Source: a virus. From it: a stretch of DNA of 37,954 nt. The DNA lies in UHGV virus genome UHGV-0114795; one strand, written 5' to 3'. The notes beneath the pieces are model-generated. The model did no database searches. It had not been told where the DNA came from and was given only the letters and a program-made list of their open reading frames with translations. The position numbers and the translations under genes were made by a program. This document shows positions 9,132 through 22,149 of this stretch, piece after piece; position 1 is the first letter of the stretch; every line of letters starts with the position of its first letter.

Positions 9132-10507
9132 TCCACCGTAAATTGAATGCCTGATTTTGACGTGTAGCTACCTCCTGCTGATTGCTGAGTAGGCGGCTGT
9201 TGCATTGATGATTTCTTCCCTCCATTACCGACATTAACGTTATATTGCTGGTTGTAATTGTCGGTATATTGCTGAATGTCGCGCATTGATTGTTGCAGTG
9301 CTTCAGGGCTTGAGAAATCAACCTGTGGCATACCTTGAAAATACATTTTTGCTTCTGCAACGGTGTTGATACCGGATGCCCCCATGTCTCTGGCTGCTGC
9401 AATGCCCTGATTCTGCATCTTTCCTTGGATTCGCTGTGCGGCGTTGTATAGTTTCCTCTGATCACCACCAGATGCACGGCTACGAATATCTGCACCAAGA
9501 GCAGGAGAACCTGAAGAGCCTGTAATGCCAGTCATGAAGCCAAGATCGTCAATTGATGCACCAGAAATTGCATCAAGATCTTTCTTCATTGCGTAATTCT
9601 GCGCGCTTGCTGCCGATGTAGCCGGAGCGGCAATAGAGCCAGCAGGGACGCGAACCATATTCCCCTCGTTGTCGATACCTTCGTAGAACGCATTAGCCCC
9701 AGCGCCGTGAAGCTTCCCGCCTACCGTTACAGTTCTGCCATCTGCTAACTGAACTGTACGCTCATTATTCCCAACCGATCCTTTCATTGATGCTCTCTGC
9801 ATCGATAAATCCTGACCGCGCATCGTGATATTCTGACCACGTGCTGTTAGCGCCTCGCCAGCCTGATTGCTGCGGATTGTCTCTGCCAGCCTGCCTCTGT
9901 CAATTTCACGACCAGCCATCTTGTCCTGAACAGCAAACGCCTTTTCTGGTCCAAGCGCACCGAGAGACATAGTAGTCAGCATGTGTGATAGCTGCTCTGG
10001 ATTCTGAATACCTGTCTGAATCATCCAGTCAGCATTCGCACCCACACGATTTAACCTGTCCTTGTTGTCAGTAATGAATTTACTGTAGGCTTCCGGTCCC
10101 TGAGAAAGAGCGACGTTAGCCCTCATGGCTAAATCGCCCATATCGTTGCGTTGCTGATCATTAAGACCGGAAAACGCCTGTTGTGCCTGTGCAACAAACG
10201 CTGGATTTTCCTGGGCAAACTTAAATAGTCCCGATGGATCACCAGAAGCCCATGCATCAGCGTGAACCTTATTGAACGCACTAATAGCTTTCTGTTGCTG
10301 TTCCTGATTGTAAATATCAGCAACTCCAGCCAGACCACGTAACGCGGTCAGACCAACGTTATTTGCACCTGAGCGAGCCAGTTCATTGTTTTCGCGGATC
10401 AGACCAAGCGTTGCGTTAATGTCGCTTGCCTTTGGCGCATTCTCATTTTGCGTACCGATGCCAGCCAGAAAACCACCAGAATTAATACCCTGCTGCCACG
10501 TAGCCAT
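9128..10507 (-). CDS. Ejection protein, P22 gp20-like
   Basis: Synteny (between gp7 and gp16) and size (459 aa vs about 471); low-complexity Ala/Gly/Gln-rich composition typical of ejection proteins. Confidence 0.8.
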   Translation of the reverse strand: MATWQQGINSGGFLAGIGTQNENAPKASDINATLGLIRENNELARSGANNVGLTALRGLAGVADIYNQEQQQKAISAFNKVHADAWASGDPSGLFKFAQENPAFVAQAQQAFSGLNDQQRNDMGDLAMRANVALSQGPEAYSKFITDNKDRLNRVGANADWMIQTGIQNPEQLSHMLTTMSLGALGPEKAFAVQDKMAGREIDRGRLAETIRSNQAGEALTARGQNITMRGQDLSMQRASMKGSVGNNERTVQLADGRTVTVGGKLHGAGANAFYEGIDNEGNMVRVPAGSIAAPATSAASAQNYAMKKDLDAISGASIDDLGFMTGITGSSGSPALGADIRSRASGGDQRKLYNAAQRIQGKMQNQGIAAARDMGASGINTVAEAKMYFQGMPQVDFSSPEALQQSMRDIQQYTDNYNQQYNVNVGNGGKKSSMQQPPTQQSAGGSYTSKSGIQFTVE

Positions 10508-10517
10508 TGATTACCCC

Positions 10518-11213
10518 TTAATAAAGTAGTGAACCAAGCAGACCGATACCAGCACCGATACCAGCACCCCACGGAGTTGATGAACCAATTAATTTCGCAA
10601 GTCCAGCCCCAGCAATGGCACCAGACGCACCTCCGCCAATAGCAGATTGCATTGCTGATGGTCTGTTGGCGTTTGCCGCTGCAAGAGCCGCGCTTTGCTG
10701 TGAAATCTGACTCATGTTGTTGGCATATGTTTGCCCGGCATTTGCCTGCCCCTGAAGCGCACCAAGACCAATATTTGCCAGATTCTGGTAGTTGTTCATC
10801 TGACCAGATAGCCATTGCTGACCAAGCGTTGGTGCGATTGTTGCTAACTGATTACTGGTTGCGGTGGAACCCAATCCACCTGTTGCTTCCGCTGCCGCCA
10901 GACTCTGATAGCGAGCCTGACCAGCAAGATCTTTGTACTGCTGAGAGTTGTAATACTGGTTAAGTGCCTGACCTTGCCCTTCCAGAGACGATAAGTTCTC
11001 GAGGCTGCCGACATACTTCTCAGCCAGAGGAGTAAACGGCTTCAGGTTGTTCATGATGGTGTTGAACTGCTGATTTTGCAGGTCTGCTGCATACTTCTGA
11101 GCTTCTGCGGCATACTTTGCGCTTTTATCAGAACTGCCACCTTTCCCACCCTTTTCAGGGCAATAAGGTTCCTCGCCGCGCAGTTTTCTGCCCAGCTTAA
11201 ATGCATATAACAT
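10518..11213 (-). CDS. Ejection protein, P22 gp7-like
   Basis: 231 aa vs 229 in P22; synteny; Gly/Ala-rich hydrophobic C-terminus. Confidence 0.8.
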   Translation of the reverse strand: MLYAFKLGRKLRGEEPYCPEKGGKGGSSDKSAKYAAEAQKYAADLQNQQFNTIMNNLKPFTPLAEKYVGSLENLSSLEGQGQALNQYYNSQQYKDLAGQARYQSLAAAEATGGLGSTATSNQLATIAPTLGQQWLSGQMNNYQNLANIGLGALQGQANAGQTYANNMSQISQQSAALAAANANRPSAMQSAIGGGASGAIAGAGLAKLIGSSTPWGAGIGAGIGLLGSLLY

Positions 11214-11215
11214 GG

Positions 11216-11674
11216 CTATCTCCCGTGATTCAGGAAGTCGATTAGTTCTTCGCGTGTGGCGCTGTAAAAAGTCACGTCATCCACGCCTTTGAAGTATTTC
11301 TTGATGGTTCCTACACGCTTAAGGCCAATCATTGCGCAGTACATCTGCCCGTGGCGGAATTTGCGTGCAGCGAACGATGTGACGCACTGAACGGTGGTGT
11401 TAGTCAGAATGTATCGCCAGAACGCCAGCCCGATTTCCTTGCTGAAGCCGCGAATCTCTGGCAGGTACATGGCGTGGCAATCGAATGTCAGCGGCTGAAT
11501 CTCCTGATAGTAAACAATGCCGCCGAACTGCCCATGCACGTTCACCTCAAAGTAACGGCAATCAGGTTTGTAGTCGTATCCATCACCGTTATTGCTCCCG
11601 GCTATAATGTCAGGGTGATTTCCGACTGCTTCGATCAGGTCGATGTTTCGCGTTGGTTTGAACTGAATCATCAC
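11216..11674 (-). CDS. Head completion/DNA-stabilisation-related protein, P22 gp14 position
   Basis: Assigned by synteny only (between tail needle and gp7); sequence not independently recognised. Confidence 0.5.
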   Translation of the reverse strand: MMIQFKPTRNIDLIEAVGNHPDIIAGSNNGDGYDYKPDCRYFEVNVHGQFGGIVYYQEIQPLTFDCHAMYLPEIRGFSKEIGLAFWRYILTNTTVQCVTSFAARKFRHGQMYCAMIGLKRVGTIKKYFKGVDDVTFYSATREELIDFLNHGR

Positions 11675-12519
11675 TGCTCCGCGATTATCTTGATGGTTGT
11701 GGCAGTAAACGCCGCACCATTTGACTGGATGGTTAACGTACTGCCATTTGTGGCAAGAAATCCGTCTTTATCCACGCTGAAGAACGTAGCTAACAAGATG
11801 TTATCGGTTGTTGTCGCCGAGTTGCGACTGCTTACCAGTGTGTCAGGAACAGAACCGGAAAATGTTAGCTGCATTGACCTGTTGGCGGTTCCGCTGGGCC
11901 ACGTCCCGACGATCGACAGCTTGAAGAACAAGGTTTTGTTCTCGTTGAACACAACCATCTTGTTGTTAACGGTGTCGAAGAATGGTGCCAACGTGCCGGA
12001 TGACGGCGTGAGCGTTTTCAGCAGGCTAACAAGGTTGGTCGGCGCTGTCGGGATGGTTACTGATACGCCAGAGTAAACAACCTCTGACTTTTTGCGAGTA
12101 GTGGCATACTCCAGAGCATCAATGCGCGTTTCATGGTCTGAAAGCGTGTTTTGAATGGCGACAACTTCATCAGTCAGATACTCAATATCGTTTTCTGCTG
12201 TCGTTAATCGTGAATCAAGGCCGACTATCGCCGCTTCTGCGTTAGTGATCCTTGTTTCGTGGTCCTGAATCTTAGCTTCAGCTGATGCCAGTCGAATTTC
12301 GTGATCGACAAGAATCACATCCTGCTCATCGTTCCTGACCTGCGCATGATAAGCGCCCTGTCCGGCCTCGTTGGCCTTGTTAGCCACGTTACCAACATCA
12401 GTGCCCTGTGCGATAACGTAAAGCAGATACGACTGCGAGAAGATATTGCGTGGAAGAACTGATGTATCGAGCCGCGTAGCCTGGATGATTACCGGCACAT
12501 TGAGATTCGAATCCGCCAT
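11671..12519 (-). CDS. Tail needle (P22 gp26 family) with extended C-terminal knob domain, Sf6-like
   Basis: N-terminus [62 protein letters not shown] matches remembered gp26 N-terminus; 282 aa rather than 233, with a non-coiled-coil C-terminus as in the Sf6 needle. Confidence 0.85.
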   Translation of the reverse strand: MADSNLNVPVIIQATRLDTSVLPRNIFSQSYLLYVIAQGTDVGNVANKANEAGQGAYHAQVRNDEQDVILVDHEIRLASAEAKIQDHETRITNAEAAIVGLDSRLTTAENDIEYLTDEVVAIQNTLSDHETRIDALEYATTRKKSEVVYSGVSVTIPTAPTNLVSLLKTLTPSSGTLAPFFDTVNNKMVVFNENKTLFFKLSIVGTWPSGTANRSMQLTFSGSVPDTLVSSRNSATTTDNILLATFFSVDKDGFLATNGSTLTIQSNGAAFTATTIKIIAEQ

Positions 12520-13937
12520 TACTCAATCCTTATCTGAGCGCCAGACAGAGTTACAGGTGACTTCGTGATAACGCGCAATTTGAAGCCAATGTTTTTCCTG
12601 ATGCGCCCTACTTTCTTCCACAAACCGCGTTTGTCGTAAACGAACGGTTCATTCTGCTCAATCATCTGCTCACGCCCGTAATTGATGCCGTCAGTGGTTG
12701 CAGAGAGGAACAGGCGGTCGGCGTACTGAGCTACGCCAGTGGATGATTCCACCTCCAGATCGAAGCATCTGGCGTTATCCGCTTTGAACAGTGGAGTAAA
12801 CAGCAGGTGTTCCTGTTGAAGACCATACTGACTGCTGATATCGAACTGCAATTTCCCGGTCACCGACTCCAGCTTATCGCCGCACGTTATCTGATTTCCT
12901 TCGTAAATGAAGTCAATAGCGCGGTACACATCGTCATACAGTCCTGTTTTCAGTACGCACCATTGCGGACCATTGGCGCTTGAAGATGCGTCGTACACGA
13001 GAACATGGCGAGGAAGGTGGATAATCAGCAACTCATGCGCATCAAATCGCAGAGACTCCATCACACCCTCAGCCAGTTCATCAGCAGTGTAGGAGCGGAG
13101 AATTTTCTCAATGCTCGCGCTGGCGATTGGTGATACCTGACCGGAGCCGATGATGTATACAGACGGCGCACCAGTTGCCGGATTGCTGATGAACGCATAC
13201 GAATCAGCAAACGGCGTTTTGCAGTAAGTTCCGGCAATGCCTTTCTGCACCATCAGTGATGGCTGTGCGACATACAAAGCGGCACCAACGGTGGTTGCCC
13301 CAGTCAGGGAGAAATATTCAATCGTCGATGAACCAAAGCAGACGATGAAGTCTCGCCATGTTCCTATGCCGATGATGCCATCAGGCTGAGACTCGGCACG
13401 ATATTGTGCACTGTAACGGTCAGGATGCGATTCGTCTTCAAGGTCAGTGATGAACCATGAATCAGTGCCGTCTTTTGACCACGCATAACGCCCACGTAAG
13501 CGTGTAATGTCGCGGACTGAGCCTAACTCATACTGAGTGAATCCGCTATCTGTAGGCCAGTTTGAGACGGTTTTAACCGTGCCATCATAGCGGTATTCGA
13601 CCAGTTGACCATTAACGCCTACCGCCTGTGATGTCCGACCATGCGCCATTGATACGCGACCACTTCCGGCAACATCACCGACTTCACTTTCGCCTTTGTA
13701 GAGCTTACCGCCACACACGCGATATACAGCATTCTGCGCCATGTTGTACTCGACGCCGCGAGATACGCCGTTCACATCAGAGCGTTTGGCAATGCCCGGG
13801 AATGAGCGAAGATATCCGCTGCTGTTCAGGATTTCTTTGGGTGTAGCCAGCATATTCACTGGCAGATAGTCGATATAGTCGGCGTTTCGAAAGTCTTTGC
13901 CGACACCTTTCATAAGCGGAAGTTGCTGAATCGGCAT
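12519..13937 (-). CDS. Tail/head completion protein, P22 gp10-like
   Basis: 472 aa (same as P22 gp10), synteny between gp4 and gp26. Confidence 0.8.
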   Translation of the reverse strand: MPIQQLPLMKGVGKDFRNADYIDYLPVNMLATPKEILNSSGYLRSFPGIAKRSDVNGVSRGVEYNMAQNAVYRVCGGKLYKGESEVGDVAGSGRVSMAHGRTSQAVGVNGQLVEYRYDGTVKTVSNWPTDSGFTQYELGSVRDITRLRGRYAWSKDGTDSWFITDLEDESHPDRYSAQYRAESQPDGIIGIGTWRDFIVCFGSSTIEYFSLTGATTVGAALYVAQPSLMVQKGIAGTYCKTPFADSYAFISNPATGAPSVYIIGSGQVSPIASASIEKILRSYTADELAEGVMESLRFDAHELLIIHLPRHVLVYDASSSANGPQWCVLKTGLYDDVYRAIDFIYEGNQITCGDKLESVTGKLQFDISSQYGLQQEHLLFTPLFKADNARCFDLEVESSTGVAQYADRLFLSATTDGINYGREQMIEQNEPFVYDKRGLWKKVGRIRKNIGFKLRVITKSPVTLSGAQIRIE

Positions 13938-14437
13938 TATTCGCTCCCGTTATCGCAAGGTTCCTTTCGGTGGAAGTAATTCCAACCGTTCCACTTCGCC
14001 AACTGGTTACCGCTACCAACAGGCATACGGTTTGGATAACCGGACTTACATTTTGCGGCTTTTGCTCTGTCCATTGCAGACAGTTTGACGAGTCGCTCTT
14101 TCCCGTATCTGGCAGTGGTTATAAGTTTTGCAGACGCTTCCAGCGCATAATCCGGAGCAATGCGGCAGGCAAGGTTGAAAATGACGGCATTTATAGCGTT
14201 ATTTGATAAGCCGTGCTCATCGCCCGGATCCGGAGCGACATCTGCATCAGCAAAAATGTAGCCAACGTTGATACCAGGTGACGCATCACCGCCAAGCCAT
14301 TCAGCCATCATCATTTCAAGGTCGTTGACGCCGTCTTCCATAGACTGCGGTTCGACATCGGTTAACGTGGCATTTGATGCCACACCGAGCTTACGTAATG
14401 CCGCAAGAACTAAATCACCCTTCGTTGTCAGGTTCAT
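13937..14437 (-). CDS. Head completion protein, P22 gp4-like
   Basis: 166 aa from ATG at 14437 ([33 protein letters not shown]...), closely matching remembered P22 gp4; ORF-track start at 14503 is an extension. Confidence 0.85.
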   Translation of the reverse strand: MNLTTKGDLVLAALRKLGVASNATLTDVEPQSMEDGVNDLEMMMAEWLGGDASPGINVGYIFADADVAPDPGDEHGLSNNAINAVIFNLACRIAPDYALEASAKLITTARYGKERLVKLSAMDRAKAAKCKSGYPNRMPVGSGNQLAKWNGWNYFHRKEPCDNGSE

Positions 14438-15008
14438 CTGCTGCCGCCTTAGGTTTTCGACCAGGCTTTTTACGCTGTTTTTCTTCTGGCTGTGGCTCTG
14501 CAATGGCCGGACGCAAACTCAGGAGTCGTCCAAGAACATCATTTGCTTCATGACCATCCCACTCTTTCCCTAACTCAAGCTCAGTACCTTCAGGAAGGAA
14601 CTCGATTTCTTCAACAGGTAGGTGATAAGTGATTTCGCCTTCTGGAGTGGTGATACCAGCAATAATCCAGCCATCCCACTCTTCACCGTCACTGTGTTTG
14701 CGAGACCACCACGAAAGCTCAGCGTAAGCATGCATCAGCGATGAGAAGAGGCGCACTCGGTGAGCGTAAAGCTCGTTAAAAGTGTGATAACCGTCGGACA
14801 CTTCGCCCATATCAACTGGGGAAGTTTCACCTCCGCCAACACTCCCAATTTGATCACCAACAAGATGATCATCAGGAACATCGTCAGGGTGCTTATACCA
14901 GCCATTTGCTAAGTGCACAGCTACATCATCAGGATCAACGGTTTTCGTTTTCAGCTTGCGCCCCCAGATTTTGGTATCTCCGCCAGCCTGAAAAATCATT
15001 ACGCTCAT
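14415..15008 (-). CDS. Hypothetical protein between coat and gp4
   Basis: 198 aa from ATG at 15008 with GGAG upstream; acidic; the ORF-track version (14415..15188) runs into the coat gene and across the terminator. Confidence 0.55.
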   Translation of the reverse strand: MSVMIFQAGGDTKIWGRKLKTKTVDPDDVAVHLANGWYKHPDDVPDDHLVGDQIGSVGGGETSPVDMGEVSDGYHTFNELYAHRVRLFSSLMHAYAELSWWSRKHSDGEEWDGWIIAGITTPEGEITYHLPVEEIEFLPEGTELELGKEWDGHEANDVLGRLLSLRPAIAEPQPEEKQRKKPGRKPKAAADEPDNEG

Positions 15009-15019
15009 TGGTATCTCCA

Positions 15020-15046
15020 ATAGAAAAGGGAGCCTAAGCTCCCTCT
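15020..15046 (-). terminator. Intrinsic terminator-like hairpin downstream of coat gene
   Basis: GGGAGC-CTAA-GCTCCC hairpin with adjacent A-run on plus strand (U-tract on minus transcript); probably attenuates rather than fully terminates late transcription. Confidence 0.5.
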
Positions 15047-15051
15047 GGTTA

Positions 15052-16347
15052 TCACGCGGTCTGGTTAGGCAGGCCAACACCAATTGCCTCTGGTCGTACA
15101 GCACATGCTGAATACCACACAGCAATACGGCACTTACCAGACAGAGTGTTGATATCACCCTGCGTTGCGAAGATGCCGTTAACACCAATACCAGGAATGC
15201 TGAAGGAAGACGTTTTCATGCCAGCAAACAGTTCATGGGTTACCGGGATCGGCTGAGACAGCAGGCGGATTGAGTCATCAGCCCAGAACACGTTAGCGGT
15301 GGTTGTTGCCACGTTCAGAACGTTTACCGGAGTGGTATCAGCAAGAGAGGTGTTTACGTTAGCGTAAGCCTTCTCTTCTTTTGTCAGTGACGCGTCATCC
15401 AGCGCAATCGGCTTCGGCGTGATTTCGATGTGAGTACCATCGATCACACGGGTGATTGAGAAAGTCGCATCATCAGTCAGCACGTTCTTCGCCATCTGAG
15501 ACAGGAATTTCACACCAGTGAAGCTGATTTTGTCGCCGCGCTTAAATCCGGTGGTGGAGGATACGGTCACCGTTGCAACACGGTTATCGACGTTCTCTTT
15601 GTTACCATCGGTATCAAGGGTGTATGCCTGCGGCTTAAACTTCTGCGCACCAGAAACAGTTACACCAGTAGCGGTTGACTTGGTAACTGCCGGAAGTTTC
15701 GGTGAGCGAAGAATTTCATCAAAGCCAGCAATCTGACGCTGAATAGTACCGTTGCGATACGCTTCTTCAGGAACGCGCCCAAAGATGTCACCATCTACCA
15801 GGTTGCGGCCTGCTTTGCGGTAATCGTCAGGATTCAGGAAGTAACTGATGCCCATATCGCGGTTTAGCTCACGGGAGAACATCAAGCGCTCTGCATCAGA
15901 CACAAAATCCCAGCCAGACAGGCCAGTAGATGGACCAATTGCGCGGGTATCGTGAACAACAAGCGAGCCCATTTCAGTTGCCTGTTTGGCAATCGCTGAC
16001 TCAATGTTATTCGCCAGTTTTTTGGCGGATGCCTGGATGCGGCGACGGTAAGAACGCTCATCACGCAGGTCATCTGCACGAAGCTCGAAGAAATCGTTAT
16101 CCGGATCGCCCATGTTGCATTTCACGGAGAGTTCCAGAATCCCGGTTGCGTTGCCAGTTAAATCCCAGCCAGTCTGGGTTGGCGCTTCCTGCTCAACAGG
16201 CATCCACACGGTGTTGCTTGAACGCTGCATGGATTCTGCCGGAGGGGTGTATTTTGTCACTTTAGACGCCATTGGCGTCAGGTTCTGGACGGTTTCGATG
16301 ATTTCATCCAGAGCATACGTGACCAGTTGACCTTCATTTAATGCCAT
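15052..16347 (-). CDS. Major capsid (coat) protein, P22 gp5-like (HK97 fold)
   Basis: 431 aa; [23 protein letters not shown].. and long stretches recalled as about 80 percent or more identical to P22 coat. Confidence 0.9.
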   Translation of the reverse strand: MALNEGQLVTYALDEIIETVQNLTPMASKVTKYTPPAESMQRSSNTVWMPVEQEAPTQTGWDLTGNATGILELSVKCNMGDPDNDFFELRADDLRDERSYRRRIQASAKKLANNIESAIAKQATEMGSLVVHDTRAIGPSTGLSGWDFVSDAERLMFSRELNRDMGISYFLNPDDYRKAGRNLVDGDIFGRVPEEAYRNGTIQRQIAGFDEILRSPKLPAVTKSTATGVTVSGAQKFKPQAYTLDTDGNKENVDNRVATVTVSSTTGFKRGDKISFTGVKFLSQMAKNVLTDDATFSITRVIDGTHIEITPKPIALDDASLTKEEKAYANVNTSLADTTPVNVLNVATTTANVFWADDSIRLLSQPIPVTHELFAGMKTSSFSIPGIGVNGIFATQGDINTLSGKCRIAVWYSACAVRPEAIGVGLPNQTA

Positions 16348-17258
16348 TATCGAATTCCTTTATTCAGTTGCGCCTTGAGCTTGCGGTATGTCTCTACATC
16401 CCCTTTGTTTGCTGCCGCTTCCATCTGCTTTTCAATCGCAGAGATATTTGCAGCAACAGCGTGTCCCTGAATGGGTTCATCAGGTAACGGGGCTTCTGAA
16501 ACAGGCTTGGCTCGAGGCTTGAGAGTTAAACGTTCTGACAGTCGAGTGAGTTCAATCAGCGCGGATTGCCCGTCCATCGCCAGCAACTGGCGTGTTTTCT
16601 CAGGATTAGCACCAAGGTGATACATGAGAGCAGCGGATTTCTCCGGGAAGAGTCGCATGATGTCGGCACCGACTGCTGGCGGCACCAGTTGCATGAATGC
16701 ATCCTCTTTCTCCTGATAGTCAGGGATATTGAGCTTTTCCGCTGCGTCGTAGTGCTTACGGGCTGCCTCGACGTATTGCGCTGATTGCTGGGTGAACTCC
16801 TGAGTTTTGCGACCCTGCTCGGCAACAGCCTGGCTTCGTGCGTCCATAGCCTTGATCTGCCATTCACTGTTTGCCTGCTGGAAGGCAGCCAGTGCGCGGC
16901 TCTGGTCATAGTCGTACTTAGCCAGTGCGTCTTCGGAAAGATAATCGTTAGGGTCTGGTTGTTTTGGTAACTCAGGGTTCACCCGCAGGTGCTCCGGCAA
17001 CTCTCCACGCTTAACCGCTTCCATCTGCTGCTCAAGCTCACGCTGGCGTTTGCGTTCGATGCGGCGACGGGCAAATTCAGCATTAGTTGCCGGGTCTTGT
17101 TTTGGTTTCTCATCGTCTTTCAGGACAATCTCGAAGCCTTCTTCCTGACCTGCGTTGTCGTTGGCATTATCGACAACTAAGCCATCAGCAGATGCCGCTG
17201 CATGATTGCCGGGCAGGGTTAATTCTTCAGAAGCCTGAATGTCGGTGGTTTGGTCCAT
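16347..17258 (-). CDS. Scaffolding protein, P22 gp8-like
   Basis: 303 aa (same as P22 gp8); charged, helical, between portal and coat. Confidence 0.85.
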   Translation of the reverse strand: MDQTTDIQASEELTLPGNHAAASADGLVVDNANDNAGQEEGFEIVLKDDEKPKQDPATNAEFARRRIERKRQRELEQQMEAVKRGELPEHLRVNPELPKQPDPNDYLSEDALAKYDYDQSRALAAFQQANSEWQIKAMDARSQAVAEQGRKTQEFTQQSAQYVEAARKHYDAAEKLNIPDYQEKEDAFMQLVPPAVGADIMRLFPEKSAALMYHLGANPEKTRQLLAMDGQSALIELTRLSERLTLKPRAKPVSEAPLPDEPIQGHAVAANISAIEKQMEAAANKGDVETYRKLKAQLNKGIR

Positions 17259-17271
17259 GATTAACTCTCTC

Positions 17272-19437
17272 TTATTGAGGTGTCTCGGCTACTCCGCCGG
17301 AGGGGATTTGAACTTGACGCATAAGATTCGCGAAATCCATGCGTTGTGAATGAGTCTGGTCTGCATCTTTAAGAAGCAGCTCAGCGTTAGCACGAGCATC
17401 TTTGCTGCGCTGTTGCTGGAATTGACCTACGAGCTTGAGGTACTCACGCAGTTCTGCCTGCTTGTCGAGGTCCATATTGTTGAAGATTTCTGCAATCTTC
17501 GCGGCGTTGAGTTGGTTTTGAGCTTCAACCTTGGCAGCTTCAACCTGAATCTGCGCCTGTTGGTTCTCTGCCTTGAGCAATTCAGCCTGACCTTGCAGAA
17601 GGATACCCTGCGCCTGAATTTGCTCTGCTGATGGCTGCTGCGGCTGTTGTTGTGCCTTTTGCACCATCTCCATCTCTTCAGGTGTTTCTGGTTTCTTCAG
17701 CCCCATCATTACCAGTTGCTTGTTCGCGTACTCTCGCATCATCTCGACGCCTTTACCGTCAAGCAGCGTGAAGTATTGCAGCATCAGCATCTGGAACTCT
17801 GGAGTACCTTGCGGAACCTTGGTGAGCAACTCCTGAATCTCTGCGCGGTTCTGTTCCTTCATACTCTGGAAGGATGGCCCAACGTCTGTATAGCACTCAT
17901 ATCGACCACGAATGTCGTTGAGTGTGACCACATTGCCGGACTGGTAATCGACAACTTGCGCATAGAGTTGAACGTCTTTCTCGCTTCCATCTTCAAGTGT
18001 CAGCGTTACATGACGAGGAACGTCATAAATATCGTTGACCATTGAGGCATAAATCTCGCCATCACGTCGCATTGCGGTAGCCAGGTTATCCTGAAACACG
18101 TATGTCTCAAGGTCTGCCCGCATGTTCAGTTGATTGACGGTATCGAAAGCGACCTGACCATTTGCCGCCTGCGCATCCACGCCAAGACTAGCCACCTCTT
18201 TCACTGCGTTGGTGGCAGCCTCAAGCATGTAAGCGTTGGCTTGCGGCACTTCAGGGTTTTCCATGTAGGAGATTGGACCAATCGGCAGGTCGTTACCGTT
18301 TTCATCGGTCCTGTTCTGCAGATAGTACGGATAGTCATCATTTCCACCGTACATGTATTCGTAGCCTTCGATTTGCTCAGGGAAGAAGGTCGGTTTCTTC
18401 TTCGGTGAACGAGCAACGATATCGGCGTTGAACGACATGATCATGTTACGAAGGCGCTGACCGTCTTTCGTCAGCCTTACCACTCCTTCGTAGCACTCCT
18501 TGTCACCAGCGAATGACCATTCGCCATACACTGGAACGATTGGAATATGCTCTCCGGCTATCTTCTCGCGGTCTTTCAGTATCTGCGTGCAGGTGATGAT
18601 CGACTTATACACACGCCGACGCTTGACCTTACGCTCTGCTACCTTAATGAATCCACGATTAGCCAGGTCGTCGATGACGTCTTTGATATCCTGCTGGTAA
18701 TAGCTGACCGGCTCACCTGTCAGCGGGTCGCGGTAGATGAAGACTTTCTCTTTCTTCTCTTCGACCTCGTAATACTCAGCGACGTAGACGACATCATTCG
18801 ATACCCACGGAAACAGCCATGTATCGTTAGGATTCTGGAAGGATGGCAAGGTGTCCGGATCAATACCGTAATCCTCTGCGAACTCTTTCCAGCCATTGCG
18901 CGACAAGGCGTTAATCACCGTGCAGTGCTTAGCGTCGCTCTTATCCATCTGCTTGCTGTTGGCGTCCCATATGACGTGTGAGCAGGCTTCATGGATTGGA
19001 AGGCGTCGGATTACCTGATTGTTGCTTGTTGGGTCGTTGTCTTCGTACTGCGTGACCAGACGCCATGCACCAACGCCGGACTCTATCTGCTCACGAACGC
19101 CAACGTTAACGGCAATTTTTGCCGTGTTATGGCGCATATCAGTACGATACATCCCCATCAACACATCGGCTGCATCAGGATTAGCACCGTCTTTTGGTCG
19201 GAAGAGAACGTCGATAGGGTTCCGGCGCATCTCTGCGACCAACTTCCTGACCACCGGGCGAACAACATCGAATTGTCCGCGATATTGCAGGGTAGTGTAG
19301 TTTGATAGCCAGTCATCCCATTGCGACACTCGGCTAAAATACAGGTCATTTGTCGCCTCGGTTCTGGCTTCATCGCTCGCCATCCAGTCCGCGTCAAACT
19401 TACACAGAATGGAATTGAGTCTATTTTCGTCGGCCAT
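17272..19437 (-). CDS. Portal protein, P22 gp1-like
   Basis: 721 aa (P22 about 725) with long Gln-rich C-terminal barrel region; synteny. Confidence 0.9.
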   Translation of the reverse strand: MADENRLNSILCKFDADWMASDEARTEATNDLYFSRVSQWDDWLSNYTTLQYRGQFDVVRPVVRKLVAEMRRNPIDVLFRPKDGANPDAADVLMGMYRTDMRHNTAKIAVNVGVREQIESGVGAWRLVTQYEDNDPTSNNQVIRRLPIHEACSHVIWDANSKQMDKSDAKHCTVINALSRNGWKEFAEDYGIDPDTLPSFQNPNDTWLFPWVSNDVVYVAEYYEVEEKKEKVFIYRDPLTGEPVSYYQQDIKDVIDDLANRGFIKVAERKVKRRRVYKSIITCTQILKDREKIAGEHIPIVPVYGEWSFAGDKECYEGVVRLTKDGQRLRNMIMSFNADIVARSPKKKPTFFPEQIEGYEYMYGGNDDYPYYLQNRTDENGNDLPIGPISYMENPEVPQANAYMLEAATNAVKEVASLGVDAQAANGQVAFDTVNQLNMRADLETYVFQDNLATAMRRDGEIYASMVNDIYDVPRHVTLTLEDGSEKDVQLYAQVVDYQSGNVVTLNDIRGRYECYTDVGPSFQSMKEQNRAEIQELLTKVPQGTPEFQMLMLQYFTLLDGKGVEMMREYANKQLVMMGLKKPETPEEMEMVQKAQQQPQQPSAEQIQAQGILLQGQAELLKAENQQAQIQVEAAKVEAQNQLNAAKIAEIFNNMDLDKQAELREYLKLVGQFQQQRSKDARANAELLLKDADQTHSQRMDFANLMRQVQIPSGGVAETPQ

Positions 19438-20937
19438 TTAAGTTCTCCGTGCGATGGGCCTGATTGGGGCTGGTATCTTTTTCTCTTTTGGTTTTTTGAT
19501 GTCGCGCATCATTTTGGCGAAGCGGCGCATCATGTATGCATAGCGAACGGCTGAGAGAACGTCGTCGTTAAGCTTGACGATTTTCCCGTTTTCATCACGG
19601 TGATAGAGGCGGAACTCCTCAAAGAATGGCTCACAGGTGTTGAATACTTTGAAGCGACCGTCGAGCATCATGTCTCGCAATTCAGTGATGCCAGGCTCAA
19701 CAGCGTTACCGCCATCAGTCCATGTCGCATGCTCCTGCAACATCATAAATCCAGCGTCTGCATACTGCCCTTTGAGCTGCTCACCGCCGCCCTTCTCATG
19801 CTGGTTTCCATCATGAGGCCATGCGGTTGGCACTTTATGCGCCCATGATTTAACAGCTCCCCATGCCTGAACCGCTGTTTTTTCTTTCGCCTTCCACACG
19901 CGTGAAACGTAGATTGTGTCTGCGTCCTTATCCCACCAAAGCTGAACCTGCGCCTGTGGGTGATCCCATCCGAAATCCATCCCGCCAATTACGTAGAAGT
20001 GATCAGGACACTCGAACGGCTGGCACTTAATCGTCTCTTCCGGTATCTGGAAGATTCGACCACTACCCATCGTAGGAATACCGCGAGCGCGCGCCTCTCT
20101 CTCATGCTCAGGATAAGATGCGATGATTTGCTCTTTCTGCTCGTCGGTATAGTGCTCTGCGTCATAGATGGTCATGTTGACCACTTTCTGCGACTTGCTG
20201 GGATTCTTCAGGAACTTGGTAACAACGTCAGACATCCCCATCAGCGGGGTAAACGTCAGAATTGAGAATTGCCCGTATTTGTTGGTACGGGTAAGGCCTT
20301 CGCCATAAATGCTGTATGGTGGCTCTTCGTCAAACCACACGCCGTGGATTGTGTCACCCTGCCAGCGAGCACGGCCTTGCGAGTATGGCTTGAAGTAGCA
20401 GATTGAAATGCCATCTTCAACGCCATCAGCCGTGTGATGCTTAACCAGAAGATGATCAACAAGGTTCGGAAAGAAAGGAGACTTCTCCCAGCTAATGATG
20501 TCTTCTTTCGGTATGGAACCGTAGCCAGGCTCATCATTCTCTTCGATACGACCGCACAGGATGCGTTGAGTCGTTTTGGTTACAGTCTCGTTTGTCTCGC
20601 CACCAATCCAGAAGACAACAGGCTCATAGAAACGCTTACCTTTCCACTCACCGCCATATTTACCATCAGCAGGATAGCCTTTTGTGCCCGGATAACGCCC
20701 TGTAAGGTGAAACGCGACTTCAGCAGCACCAGTAAATGACTTACCAAGCTGGTTACCAGCCATAAAACATCGCTCTGGGTAGTCATGTCCGGCTTCGATG
20801 AACTCACGCTGTTTGCTGTATGGCGTAAATTCATATAGCAGGTGTGTGTTCCGGTAGTTCTCTTCTTCTTCGAGTAGCTCGAGCAACTCGATTTGCTCTT
20901 CGTCGCTCAGGTTATCAAGAATCGCGTCCAGTTCCAC
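19438..20937 (-). CDS. Terminase large subunit, P22 gp2-like
   Basis: 499 aa; synteny; ATPase and nuclease regions expected for terminase. Confidence 0.9.
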   Translation of the reverse strand: MELDAILDNLSDEEQIELLELLEEEENYRNTHLLYEFTPYSKQREFIEAGHDYPERCFMAGNQLGKSFTGAAEVAFHLTGRYPGTKGYPADGKYGGEWKGKRFYEPVVFWIGGETNETVTKTTQRILCGRIEENDEPGYGSIPKEDIISWEKSPFFPNLVDHLLVKHHTADGVEDGISICYFKPYSQGRARWQGDTIHGVWFDEEPPYSIYGEGLTRTNKYGQFSILTFTPLMGMSDVVTKFLKNPSKSQKVVNMTIYDAEHYTDEQKEQIIASYPEHEREARARGIPTMGSGRIFQIPEETIKCQPFECPDHFYVIGGMDFGWDHPQAQVQLWWDKDADTIYVSRVWKAKEKTAVQAWGAVKSWAHKVPTAWPHDGNQHEKGGGEQLKGQYADAGFMMLQEHATWTDGGNAVEPGITELRDMMLDGRFKVFNTCEPFFEEFRLYHRDENGKIVKLNDDVLSAVRYAYMMRRFAKMMRDIKKPKEKKIPAPIRPIARRT

Positions 20938-21409
20938 GGTTGAATAGCTCCTTGATACGAGAGCGTCGCTTATCGCGATCTCCCTTATCAGGTGTCACGT
21001 CTTCAACTTGCGACTGCTCTTTGAGGCCCAAATCACGGGCGATGATGTTAGCGTTGAGAAGGTCAGCGGCTGCGCCAGAGAATTTCTGATCGTAGATGAC
21101 CTGCTCTGCTCGCGTAACGACTTCAGATAAATCTTCTCTCAGGCGATATGTGCGCCATGTTTCAAGCGTCACATCAATGAACAGAGTGAGGCCTGTAATG
21201 GTCATCGCTCGCATCTTGGCGATAGGTTCTTGTATCACTTCACCCTGATACGAGAACGCCTTCATCTCCCATAGCGGGTTAGCTTCCACCCACTCGAAGT
21301 ATTCACAACAAGCAGCCCACAGCGCCTCAGGCGATTCGAATTTAGGGTTTCGCCCATGACTACTGCGGGCCTCCCAAAATCGGTTGCCCTTTGGTGCTGC
21401 CATATTCAT
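20915..21409 (-). CDS. Terminase small subunit, P22 gp3-like
   Basis: 164 aa; ...[45 protein letters not shown]... recalled as P22 gp3; 23-nt overlap with terL start. Confidence 0.85.
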   Translation of the reverse strand: MNMAAPKGNRFWEARSSHGRNPKFESPEALWAACCEYFEWVEANPLWEMKAFSYQGEVIQEPIAKMRAMTITGLTLFIDVTLETWRTYRLREDLSEVVTRAEQVIYDQKFSGAAADLLNANIIARDLGLKEQSQVEDVTPDKGDRDKRRSRIKELFNRGTGRDS

Positions 21410-21426
21410 CTCACTTAGTTGTTATT

Positions 21427-21606
21427 TCAGGCTGAGGACTCTTTCGCGCTTTCAATCAGTGACTGCTTCAGTAATTCGAGTGTACCAATCGCCTCGCATA
21501 AACTGATTTCACCATCGTAATCATGGATGACGCTTTCCAGCCGCTCGTATAGCTCTTGAGTAATTGGGAATTTCTTCTCCTTACCAAGATCAACGACGCT
21601 TGTCAT
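21427..21606 (-). CDS. Hypothetical small protein (59 aa), not in supplied ORF track
   Basis: Found by manual translation of the gap between terS and the 95-aa ORF: MTSVVDLGKEKKFPITQELYERLESVIHDYDGEISLCEAIGTLELLKQSLIESAKESSA. Confidence 0.35.
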   Translation of the reverse strand: MTSVVDLGKEKKFPITQELYERLESVIHDYDGEISLCEAIGTLELLKQSLIESAKESSA

Positions 21607-21615
21607 AGAGGATTC

Positions 21616-21903
21616 CTATAATTTTGAATATCCAGACTCAAATACCTCAGCAGGAGAATATGATTCATATCCATCCTCATAGACAACGTAATAGCCTCCA
21701 GACATTGGTCGGTGCTTACAGATATATTCCGCGCTAACATCAAATGCTGCGTATTTCTTATCATCCGGATGAATAATTGCCCCATAACTAGAAGAGCCAG
21801 TCTTACCATACTGATCTGGGTTTGGCTTATGTTCTATAGAGCCAATCTTCAGGGCGCGAACTTTTTTGTGGCACTGGTATCTCGGCATTTCTTGTTCAGT
21901 CAT
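21616..21903 (-). CDS. Hypothetical protein (95 aa)
   Basis: ORF MTEQEMPRYQCHKKVRALKIGS... in the moron region upstream of terS; no homologue recalled. Confidence 0.5.
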   Translation of the reverse strand: MTEQEMPRYQCHKKVRALKIGSIEHKPNPDQYGKTGSSSYGAIIHPDDKKYAAFDVSAEYICKHRPMSGGYYVVYEDGYESYSPAEVFESGYSKL

Positions 21904-21906
21904 CTC

Positions 21907-22149
21907 TTACACTCCGGTAGTGAACAGGTCTAACGCTTCCTTCGATTTACGCACCGCTTCGATAGTGCGGGTCGTGATATCTGAATTAGCGCCGCCTGAC
22001 TGGAAGTGAATTTTGAATAGCTCAAGCTTCAGCTCGTCAGTACCAATGAACTGAAATGCTTCCTCTGCGGCTGCGTTCTGGTTCATGACCAGTTTGTAAA
22101 TCTCTAACTGGAATTTCTGTTCTTCAGTCATGGAAATAATCTCTGCCAT
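21907..22149 (-). CDS. Hypothetical protein (80 aa)
   Basis: ORF with ACGGAG-type SD upstream; no homologue recalled. Confidence 0.5.
   Translation of the reverse strand: MAEIISMTEEQKFQLEIYKLVMNQNAAAEEAFQFIGTDELKLELFKIHFQSGGANSDITTRTIEAVRKSKEALDLFTTGV

Noticed and set aside
11351-12076. 241-aa plus-strand ORF antisense to the gp14-like and tail needle genes
   Set aside because: Entirely antisense to two syntenic, well-supported virion genes; typical shadow ORF of GC-rich coding DNA. The same applies to other antisense ORFs in the track, such as 10399..10815, 18547..18981, 19019..19300 and 29171..29527.
14415-15188. ORF-track 257-aa version of the gene downstream of coat
   Set aside because: Upstream 60 codons overlap the coat gene and span the terminator hairpin; start reassigned to ATG at 15008 with GGAG upstream.
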